Source: Balanoglossus misakiensis (taxonomy: Eukaryota; Animalia; Hemichordata). From it: 64,000 nucleotides of DNA. Numbering within the stretch: the first letter of the stretch is position 1; every line of letters begins with the position of its first letter. Where the stretch lies: positions 3,305,703-3,369,702 of the forward strand of contig CM082577.2 of the NCBI GenBank assembly GCA_040954595.2. Reading direction: 5' to 3'. This document shows, one piece after another, positions 52,906-64,000 of this stretch. The notes beneath the pieces were generated by a model. The model was not told where the DNA came from and did not search any database. It was given only the letters and a program-made list of their open reading frames with translations. Position numbers and translations under genes: made by a program.

Positions 52906-54786
52906 ACTGGCCCGGGAAAGAACAGCACGCCCGTCCTGTACAAGTTTCACTGGTTAACGCGTGCGTTTATGACAAGCGAAGTGTGAACATCTTGCTCACC
53001 GCACGTATACGCGTATACACGTATACGTATTTAATGACTTTTCCATGGACAGTTTCTTTGCAGTAAATGATTATCTGTCTTGAGCTTCTTTCCTGGTGAC
53101 AGATAAAGTTCGACTCCGCAATAAAGAAGAAGGCATCTGTTACGATCTGGCGAAGATGTTATCTGGCGCGACGCCGTGAGCGAAGTTATGATGATGATAA
53201 CGTAACCAATCACTGATTCTGGTGGCGTAGTAAATACATGTACATGTACTGTACTGTACTTACGCGGGGTTAAAAGAAGGTGGGCCAGCCACGCTTGCTT
53301 ACAAGAGGACACCCACACGTGTCCATTTACCAATATCTAAACCACTTACAAGATCTCTCAGCACTGGTTGAATCGTCATATACGTGTATATGAATTGTCG
53401 ATACGGTATCGAGACGCACCGATTCATAAAAATGCACTCTGGTGTGCTATAGCACTGTAGGTGGGATCATGGGAGCCCCAACCGCGTGGAATTGGATGAT
53501 TGATCTACACGCTGTTGAAGACACTTCGAACAGATTCGGCCTTAATTGCGGTTTTGTATTATGGAGTAGTTTCTGATCCTTGTCTTGACTTCGGGTGCGA
53601 AGAAGCACGGCTGATGAGCCTTGCTGTTCGTCATTGTAAGAATCTCTGATCAAGCATCAAGGCACGTTCTTCTGGAGTTCTTGAAAGTGTCGGTGGTTCT
53701 CGATCGGAGAATGAGAACGAGGATGAGATCTGTGACACAACAGAACTCCTCAACTTGAAGTGTTTGTCGTTTGTGCATCTGTGATGAGCATCTCCATCAT
53801 TACTGATTCAGACACTTGTTTTTTTCCTGAAAATGTAGTGATGGCTTGGATGGTGGTTTTGACTTTTCTGCTACTTTTTTGGAAAAATAAATATAAAATC
53901 TGTGGATGTGTCTTAAGGTGGTTTAGATAACAAGCTATTACAGTTTTAGTGGAAACCCTTCTTCGATATGATACCGCTGTTTTTGATTAGCGTCTAGTGT
54001 GTAAGAAAAATGTATGCCATGGTACGCCAGTCTCACTAGCGAGGGTTCTTATGTCAGGGTTACATGAGTGCCTGCGCTCTCTGGCGATGAATGCGTCTCT
54101 CCTTTGAAAATAGCCACTTTCACTTTTCCCTGTGCTGCAGTGTACAGCTCCGTGGTGGCATCTGACGCGTTCCCCAAGGCACGCATACCTGACAGGTTTT
54201 CCTGATTGTTTCGGCGTCTCTCCCGAGAGTTTTCGAAATCTGTTAGCCGCGTCTGAGTTGATTTTTTCCGGGGGGCGCACATGTGACTGACTTGATCGAT
54301 CGGGAGAGCCACAGGTACAACGTGCAGGCAGCTGGGATTCCATGGGGTGGTGTTTGTTCCTGGCTGTGTTCGAGAGCTGCGTGGACTTGTTGCAAGTGAA
54401 CGCCAGGAAACTGGAACGCCAGTTGGTGCGGGCTGGGGTGTGGCTACACGTTGCCCTGGTTACCACAGAGGTCCACACGTATGCAGATCATCACAGCAGC
54501 CCATACTTCTACATATTCGGTGATATCCCCCCCCCCCATGAACGTTTACCAATCAAGACAAAGACGTCAACCAGACATTCTTTGGTGTACTAGTTTCAAG
54601 CTCTAGTTCCAACAAATTTGGGGCACTGGCCGAGATATGACGAATATTCGTTTTCTAAATACGTGTAGGTTCTAAATAATTACTGTGATAATATGACGTA
54701 CACGCGTTGGAGGAACGTGACGTGTTGAAATATTGATATTTTTAAAGCGATTTCGCTAGCCCTGGTTCTTTTCAGTTGTGATTTAC

Positions 54787-54850
54787 ATGTAACCTCGTTC
54801 ACGGTTGACGCCCTACTGATGTAGCCTCGTCCACGGTTGACGTTCTACTG
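54787..54850. repeat. Tandem duplication, 2 x 32 bp
   Basis: ATGTAACCTCGTTCACGGTTGACGCCCTACTG versus ATGTAGCCTCGTCCACGGTTGACGTTCTACTG, 28/32 identical. Confidence 0.85.
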
Positions 54851-57800
54851 TCCGGTTTTTCATTGGCGCTTTTCTCTCGACAGCTCTCGAAGCTTAGGGC
54901 CGACTTAAAGCTTTCACAAAGGCTAACTCTCGAGTGGTTTGCCTCTGATTACCTCAAACACTGAATCTTTCAATTTTTGTGTAGGAATCTATAAGTTAAG
55001 TTGACGTGAACGATGAAAGGTAACTTGAAGAAGTAAAATACAACAAAACGAGACCAGAGAGCCTGTCATTTTGGCGCCATTTATTAAACACACGCAAAAA
55101 ATCTTCAAGCAGCCCATGGTGGATTTCCATCACTTTGGAATCAACATTTATAAGGAGTGAAGTCATAAACGGAAACAGGCTGAGAATTACTCAAAGGAAA
55201 AGTGGGTGAAAGGTCCCCCCTTCTCCTCCTCCCGAAGAGGCGAGAAAACGGTAAGTAGCACTGTATGAGGACAAGTTTAAGTGGTTTTGAAAGGCCAGTC
55301 GTCAGCCGTGCCATTTATGAACCAGTGGGGGAACGTCACGTCGCTCTCCGCGCGCTCTCTACATTTTCTGTAGGCCAGGTTTCTGACGGATAATTGGAAT
55401 ATCTGGTCACGTCACCTGAAACTTGACTTCAAACATCCCTTTAGGCGGTGGAACACACCGTCGCAACAATATCCGAACATCGTTAGTGAAAGGAAAGAGA
55501 GTCGTATTCCGTCTTTTTTATTTGATCTCATTAAAATTACTTCAAGAGTAGAGTTTGGATGTTGGCGATACATGTACATGTGTGACAGAATTTATGGCAA
55601 CAGCGTCCGACCGGGACTACGAGACGTTCATGAATTAGGGTATAGTGGTATCATGGCCTCGAGCCTGTAGAAATATAATCAGTAGGCTATTTTATACCTG
55701 CAAAGACAACTCGAGATGAAAACGAAAATTTGGTGAGCATTTTTAGCTGAGACCGAAATATAAGGTACATATACATGTAGTTACTAGAAAGGTATAGAGC
55801 ACCACCAATACGTGATACATATACAATAGTCCCTTTATACCAGTCCAGCATGCATTGCGCGCTCCTAACCAGTTAACCTCAACTAGGTGTGCATTTTCAT
55901 GGTCGTTTGATAACCGTATCATGCATTGTGATTATTATGAATGATAACACTGAAGTGGGGTAATATGTTGTGCACCATAAATTTTTATTTTGTGTCATGT
56001 GTACGCAGCATACATTATTTGAAACGGCCTTTGCTTTGCATTGCATTATGAGATAACCCCCCCCCCCCTCCCGGTGCCTTTCGAAATCTTGATGTCGGTA
56101 CGCCTGTATTATCAAGGGTAATTTTCTCTATGAACGAGTACAGACTTAGAGTATAGTTGTGTAGAATAGGAAAGACAGATTCTGTTAAAATACATGTACT
56201 GGTGTGAAATTTCAGCATGTACTGATAAATGCATAGCATGTAATGTAATAAAAATGCACTGCATGATGTGTTTAATATTCATATAAGATATAGCTACGGC
56301 TTTCTATACGCGCGCGTATACAAATGTATTTACGCGTAGTGAGCTAGCTCACAAGATATTTCAACGCGCTATACACAACACAAACTAGAATATCAGTACA
56401 CATTACCTATATAATATAAGTGGTGTGCACTTTTCTAGACAACCTAGACTCAGAAACTCCAGCCGATCATGATTGCCTGTAGTTTTGTAATCACTGACTT
56501 AATGTTTTCACCCGCAGCTTCTTGCTCGAAAGTTGCACACATCTCTATCTCCCGCTTCGCAATTGGCGTTTACGACACCTTAGATAAAACCATGGAGTGG
56601 CCGTGATTAAAGGCAGACAGCCGGCGGGGAGCAACATGTACGATTGATACATCTGCCCACACCAAGAACTCGTCAATAGAGGCGTTTATCTTAACTAGCA
56701 TGCACACGGCAGTCATGCCTAGTTAAGACTCAAAACTGAGAGGAATTGCCCGCCAGGAGTAATGTAGTGTACATTGTGATGTAAAGGCTGTGATATTTTC
56801 GATCACAGTGTGTGTCTCTTGTAAACTATTTTCAATTCACTGATGGTGATTAAATCTACTCGTGATTACTTCAGAGTCATGGCGATAGGACTGCTTTGTC
56901 TGTCTCCAAAACAGTACTGCACCACCGTCCCGGTATCCCCACGCAATGATGGTACATGCATGGGTCTACATTCTTTGTTAAACAATACACGACATTCGCT
57001 AAGTGACACGAGGCAAAATGACGACAGAAGATGCAGCCATTTTCTGTATCTCACGCCCGACTTCCAACTGGTAAAATTTCTCTCGATTCTTTACACAGAA
57101 CAACGGTTTTTGCTGCTGCGAGTATTGTGGCGGCTTTTCACAATCATCGTTGCAAGGAATTGTGGGCGCAATTGATGGCACCGTGATTTCCGATGACGTC
57201 ATGAGTGCCGTGTAATTCGTTAGACTATACCCGAAGTTATTGTCGACGGCGTTTTGCGCGTAAGGAGCTCGCTGTTAACCTGCAAAGATTGTTGCAAAAT
57301 TTAATAAACTTCAATCTGACAGTTGCCTGGAGAGTTTCTCAAGTCAATTTCTGTTTGGAAACGTGAGAATATACTATAAAAGACACTCCGTAAATGATAC
57401 TTTACGTTTCTTTTTAAATTGTGCACTTTTGGATATTTGCATTTTCTTGCTTAGAATTTAAAACCAGGCATACAACATGGTAGGATGTCACACTTATATA
57501 GGTTGAGAAAAATAATCTTTCCTCTATATACACGTTTGACTGATTTTGCTATCAACGAGATAAGAATCGTGTCACACCTCGATGTCTTACGGGATCATCG
57601 ATTTCGAGCACAGGTTAAACCAACGTGGTTTAGCGAGTACAACACAATACTTATATACATTGAGTAAAAGTATAAAAATGATGTCATTTCTTGCCACTTG
57701 GGTTTAGAGATATACTGTAGCTGGAATCAAAATACACGTATATGTAAGCTTAAGTTAAGCGTCACTCGTACAAGTTGTCACTGGATCGAGTGCTCGAATA

Positions 57801-60800
57801 TCTCACAGGACCTTACCTCAGTAAAGAGAAAATCACACCTCCTAACCCGAAAAATTCATTATCGCGGCATGTTTCCAGAAATTGCGGTTCCGTGTATTAA
57901 AAATAAAACTGTCCACGAGGACGGTCTAATGCCAGTTGCCGTGGCAACGATGCAAAGCTCGCCGCGCTTTTACGAGGGGATAGCGCGCAATGACATGTCA
58001 CCGGGTGGAACGCATTAAAGCCTAATTGTGTGGACATATATACGTGTATTGATTCAACTCCGGGAATTTGATCTTCCGTTTTCACTGCCACAGTTCCCGC
58101 TCACACGACAACTCCTAGGAACGCGGGAATATTAAACGCCTATGAAAAGACTGAATTTCATAGTCTGCCGATATCGACCATTCAATTATGAGCTTGTAAA
58201 AGTGCCGATTGTATCCGGTTATATTAGTTCCTTAAAAATCTGTCAGACTTTTCAAACCGCCTCGTGGGAAGTTTAGATTTGCACGGCGGCCTTGTTTTCG
58301 TTGAGAAACTCGAAAAAAACACGATTGCCCGGTCGTTGTTTTTGACGTGATTTGAAAGTACGGCGCTTTGTTCAGTGTCCTTTTCACGAAAATTGGTTCT
58401 AGAAAGAATAATACAAAAGTCGTTCGTCTCAGGAAAAAAAGCTTGTCGTGTTATTATACTAGTTGGGTACCTGCACAATATATTACAAGATAACCGCCAA
58501 AATGTTGATATCGTTAATCGTACACATATACTGCTTACCATTCTGAAAAAGTGCAAATCCCATCTGTTCCAGTTTGACTTCAACATGTTCTGAGCTGATG
58601 CACCGCTGCGTGTAAATAGGCTGAACTCACTCAAATGGTAAAATTGTTCCAAGAAACAAAACTTTATATTTTGACTTTTGTCGGGGGCGGATAGTGTCCG
58701 CGCCCGCGCAGCCTTCGGCAGCAAAGGATTCTGATTGGACGAGCCTCTCTATTCACCCGTGACGTGCGCCTACGCAGTTCACCACAATTGGCTAATGCAT
58801 TGTTTTCGTTTATTGCCGACGAAGTAAGTAGGCTTTCTCGTGATTGCTTTTCGATTGCGTATTTCTGTGCAGTTGAAGGACTGATTTTACCCACTATTCT
58901 TTATTTTTTCTAGACTATAAATTGCCGTCACGCTGTCATTACCGACAAAAGTGGTCTTCGAAAGTAACTCGACCTTTTAAAAATATTATCCCTAATTTCC
59001 TTTATCGATATCAACAACTGTGTGGCTAACTAACCCTGGGAACTAACCCTGGTATGCGAAATATGAAATGCAGACTGTTTAGCAACATCTCACCCGCGCC
59101 CAATATCCTTCCATCCAACGACAATTGGTTTCATTTAACCTTCCTCGCACGATAATGAAATAATTAAAGTTCATGACTGCGCGCCATAGCAATAGGTGGC
59201 GCGCGCGGGGAAGTCGACTGACTATCGACGACAAGATGTGCAAAGGTACGGCGGTATACCTGCAAGTATTATGGAACGGTTGTCTCCGTATATAATTGAT
59301 AATGATTATAGCGGCCCCGTTAATAGTCAGCCACCGTTTACAGATAAATTGCCCTAATTTGGAGGTATTTTCTTGGGTTACAGGGCAGCAAAGCCGGTCC
59401 AATTACGGCTATTTGTTGCAGTTCGAAGTCATTGATTACTTCTCAAACGGTCGTGCGGAACTTGAAGGCGAAGGCGGGAAACTGATTTTCCAAGCAAAAG
59501 GGGAAAACGAAATACTCTCTCTTTCTCAGCGGGAATTGAGGAGAATGTGGCTTTCTTTTTGTCTATTTTTCATCTAAAATGAATAAAATTGGTTTGTCGA
59601 GATAAAATACATGAGAGACTGTAACACTTTTCTTCATCTGTTAAATATGGAAATGTTCTTGATTGGATATGTAAACAGCTTATCCATTCGGGGAAGACAT
59701 TTCCGTATATACACAAAAGAATGAGACTAATTTCAAACCGGGAATTTTGAATACAATCGATCCATTATGCACAAAAGAATACCCCCTATACTTAACACTA
59801 ATCGCATTTTGCTGCGGTATAGAAAACTGCGCTCATTCTGTCTGGCGCGGCTGGCGCATTTGATTGCTTTATTCCGTATCTATCGATACAGCGAATTAAT
59901 AACTCCAACGAACCCCGTCACTTTGTGCATTTCCGGCGAATGACAGCGTATTACAATCGCTTTATGAACATTAAAGCTTCAAAGACCTTTGGTGCAAAAC
60001 ACCAGTGATATCTGTATGTGTTGATTGTTCCCTTCATTCAAGCCAATTATATAAAGATGAATTACAGTGTTGAGAACGAATGTGGAAAAACCCTAAAACT
60101 AATAATGCAGAAAGCATGACTAAAAGTTATTAGAGACACGATGGTCTGGTTTGATTTGATCGACTCTGTGGACGTTTAGTGGAGGTATTCATGCGCAGAT
60201 TGACGCCAAGGAGAGAACTTCCGTTTCCGGAAACGCGGAAGATTTGGGCATTCCTGTGAACATAGAGCGGGATCGACGTCATGGTCGTCGCGCGCGCCAA
60301 TCAACCTCCCACGCGCGGACGGGTTAAGCGGGTTAGAGCCCCGAATGAATATCGTTGGCTGGAGGAGAGAGTTACACTTTGGAGAGCAAAAAGTGAAAGC
60401 CAATTAACGAAGTGCACTTCTAATCTACTTCCGCATTGGTTGGTGGAAATCAATTCCAAACAACGCTGGAGATCAATGGAGGCGCCGACAAGGGCCGCGG
60501 ACCCGATGACGTCACTCGCTGCGACCCGACTGAATCTTCTCTTTAAAGGTCAGAAAAGTCACATTACCTTTACCTGGGCGCTATTCTTAGAACCTATTTT
60601 CCACATTTAGATTTGTGAACCATTATTAATCAAATTTTCTGCCATTTTTTTTTCATTTCAAAAACATGATGAACCTACTACAAGTGGAAGTATTCACTGA
60701 ATGACGACAAACATAGAATTGTATCAGAACCACTGCTACCACACATGCTTGGTCTGCAAAACCTACACAAAAATGTATCATTTCACTAGGAGGTGTTTGG

Positions 60801-63107
60801 TGAAAAGCATTTCTTTTACTTTTGACCATATAAGAAAACCACATTACATCCCCCATTGCTTGTTAATTATACATTGACAAAGAAGTCTGTCTACAGAAAC
60901 TGGCGCACCCTAAACTTGATACATATCCAGCAACAGACCTATTACATTGTATTGTGGCGCACTTTTAAAATCAGCGCAACTTGAACTCTGATCGATATAA
61001 ATTTATCACGATCAGTGCTTCATCAACTCTGATGTCACGATATAAAAATATCACCGTTGGCATGCAACGCTGATATAAAAAAACAAAACGATTTGAAATG
61101 TCAAATGCTCAATTGAATCTGCAGGATATTGAAAGTTGGCGACATTCACAGCCACGGTTCACATCCGCTACAGATCGAACTTCAGTTTAGAGATAACCAT
61201 CCTTCCGGCATAACTTTAATAACTTTAATGAATGACCGTGAACGATTTTACAATTTTTCTGCCAGAAATTTCATCAGATTGAATCAGCCTATTGTTTTGT
61301 GTGCTTTTTGACAGGTCCAAAATCGGCGTCTATTAATGAAGTACTACCTTGTTGATCATAATCATTATTTCGCAACAGTTAAGGAACCCATACTTGTAGG
61401 TATCTAGCGTTCACCCGTATTAACATCAATTTTGACTCATAATGCGAAGATAATCGTGATGAAAGAGTTATCAGAAAGCGTAAAAGGTGTGTGTAATCAA
61501 AATCAACTCATGTCTAATAGGCCGTGTTTCGAGACAGAAAGAGAGGTTTCGTGAACGCCAGCAAGGACGGAAATCCCACCGCATCGCGTTGATGAGAGAC
61601 GTTTACACTTCACTGATTGTATTCTATCATAAGTTGTCACTGACATGCAAAATAATCGACTGTGGATTGAGTATCCTTCATGGAAAATATTGACTTTCTC
61701 GCGGCCGTCGGCAGAAGAGCAGCTGTGACTTCTTCCATTTGCACATGCAGATTCGTTTTCGGATGTCAACATTGGACGGGTATTCTTAGCCTCGCTGCTG
61801 ACGAGAGCGCGCTGCGAATACGTCGCTGGAGACTGAACGGAGGGAAAACGCACACGGTTTCCTCTGAGAATTGGGGGAACAACCGGATGGATTTTCTTTT
61901 CACGCTGATTCACGTAGCCGATTACAGTGCCCCGAGGCGAAACGCCGGGGTCGGTGTTGGGAGGCGGGAAAAACGTGTTCAAGAACCAGGCTAGCTTAAA
62001 AGAGAATTATAGATTAATATTGTTGATAAATTACATTATGGGTAAATAATATGGTTCTTTGTGAATAGACGGTTTTTCATATCAAAACCTACAGTTTTCT
62101 TCCACTTAGCTCTATTTTTCAGAGAAATGGCGGGAAACAAATTTGGAAAGGGACGAACAACGCTGTTGTCTACGGTCACATCAATTAGGAGGTTTTCGCT
62201 TTAACGCGCCGACACGATTATACTTTTGCAATTTACTTCAGAGAAAATTAAAAAAACACGGGCACAGTTTCTTTAGATGATCGCTACAAAAGATCACGAT
62301 ACGATTAATGGAGTCGATTTTGCAATAAAATGATGCACCGTACCTCGCTTCAGTTTGTATTCAAATGCTAGGTATAGTATTCGGCTAGGAATTTGAATAA
62401 ATTTAAATACATTAAAACAACGTAGGGGGAATTCGAGGTATGCACTATCATAAACCGAAATACCACTTTTTATTCTTACACTGTCTGCAACTTGGGAAAA
62501 CCGCCGACTGGGGAAGCCAGCAGTATTCTCCCCCTTTGCCCTGTACAGTAGCCACCGTCATTTCAAATCCCTGTATAAATGATCGCCCTATTACTTTCCT
62601 CCCCTAAAAGCATCGTTGAAAAGTTCCCTACCCATTTCACAGGGAAAGGTCGCAGATTTTACGATTCAAAAACATGTTCACAATATGAATCCGCCATTTT
62701 CAGACATAGCTACCGATAGGTCTGTGGGGACGCCCTAATGTTTAATGACCAAAGGGCCAGAAATAAAAACGTCTACATCAAGCCAGATCTCAATTCGATT
62801 ATACCGCTATGTTGTGTTTATTTCTGCAAAGTTATATTTGCCCACTTTATTACACTGTACATTATTATTTCTTTAATAAACGAGTTTAAATTAGTCTTTT
62901 AATCTGCGCCTTATTTCCCCGCGGGGTGAAATGATTCTATAGCCATACAACAATTCTCGGTATGTTTTCTTATATTACGTTGAATATGTAATTGTATCCC
63001 CGAGCTCTCTTTGTCTATTGCCCCCGCGCCGGCGCGCGACACCGAACGGCTCGGCAGCAGGCTGTCAAGTCGATTATCACTGGATTTGGTGACTGGAAAT
63101 ATGAGAT

Positions 63108-63314
63108 GCCGCCATCTTGATTGCCTTTTTAACCGGTGGCTCTGAGAATACGAGGTGTTGCTGCGACGATGGTCAAACACAAAAGTCTGTTCTTCGTGTC
63201 GGTCGGAGTTTATTTTTCTTAATTAACGGCATTGAAATACAAGTGCTCTTGAATTGTGCACTGACGTCGGCGGATTCGATTGGTTGTGATATTTTCCCGT
63301 CGGTTATGACGTCA
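63108..63314 (-). promoter_or_regulatory. Promoter-like motif cluster (YY1, CCAAT, CRE) with no assigned gene
   Basis: CAAGATGGCGGC on the minus strand at 63108-63119, AACCAATCG on the minus strand near 63277-63285, and TGACGTCA at 63307-63314. Confidence 0.25.
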
Positions 63315-64000
63315 CTCCGCCTACTGAATGGCAACTTTTCAAGTTTGTATGTTTGAATGACGTTTTATGTATCGTGTGTGATTTTTGTTACCGAGTTCCT
63401 GTTGTAACAAGCCGACGTGGGATCTTTTTTTGTTTTGATATGTTTTGAGGGGGTGGTTTTAACTAACGACTTCCAAGTATTTCACCCCCGGTTTGAAACT
63501 TTCGCTGCTTTGACTGACAGACTTGATTGAGTAAAAGTGCGCGTGAATCGCAAAATTGTGCGCCGCCAACTCACCAGAGATTTGTTTGGAGGACACTGCT
63601 GTCGCCCTAGGGTCACAGGTCTGACACGACTTCTCGCGATACGTTCCGCCACAGCCCTTTCATTAAATCAGCGCGCCTGTCAGCACAGAAGTCAACGAGG
63701 TCCTCCACGCGCAAGCGCCCTTCGTCAAGATATGTAAACACGCCAACCAACAGATCATAGCGGTGCGCGACCTCCTCGAAAAAAAACGTTAATCATTTTT
63801 ACTTTCCCTGTTCTCGACGGAAACAAGAAACGACGGGTGCTCCGTTAAGCCAACGCCAGCTGCCTCCTTGGAGTTCTCAGTGAATTCAACCCTCGACTGG
63901 CCGTAAACGTTCAAGTTGCCAACAGATATATAGTTTTTGATATAGTAAAACTATAAAAACCTTTTGAGTGGTGAGAACCCTACACTAGTCCCTATAGATT

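Noticed and set aside
53500-54593. Coding-like composition and ORFs at 53447-53653, 53987-54478 and 54342-54593
   Set aside because: No recognisable domain, frames interrupted by stops and no consistent splice phases. Possibly decayed repeat sequence but not supportable.
1-64000. CRISPR arrays, tRNA/rRNA genes, operons, intact transposase or reverse-transcriptase ORFs
   Set aside because: None seen. The DNA is eukaryotic and no long ORF other than the homeobox exons has recognisable motifs.

Overview
Eukaryotic (metazoan) genomic DNA that is intron-rich and gene-poor, with many microsatellites and no obvious CpG depletion. It looks like a marine invertebrate, possibly a deuterostome, but the taxon is inferred only. 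Three spliced genes can be rebuilt by hand, all on the minus strand. (1) A canonical Uncx/unc-4 PRD-class homeobox gene: coding exons 19590-19323, 17483-17302 and 10146-9259, 445 aa, with two eh1 motifs and a C-terminal OAR motif. (2) About 14 kb upstream and in tandem, a divergent Uncx-family paralogue: coding exons 38120-37850, 36953-36754 and 34335-33874, 310 aa. It has the same intron phases but lacks the Uncx post-homeodomain signature. (3) A 128-aa secreted precursor split over two short ORFs (47593-47360 and 47112-46960). It has a signal peptide, an acidic pro-region, an RR cleavage site and a six-cysteine domain (C-x5-C-x9-C-x-C-x5-C-x10-C) resembling vertebrate CART neuropeptide; this is the most notable observation. 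There is also a candidate exon pair at the left edge, a small MITE-like inverted-repeat element, transposon-like remnants, simple repeats and an apparent excess of TGACGTCA (CRE) palindromes. Most ORFs in the supplied track are spurious.
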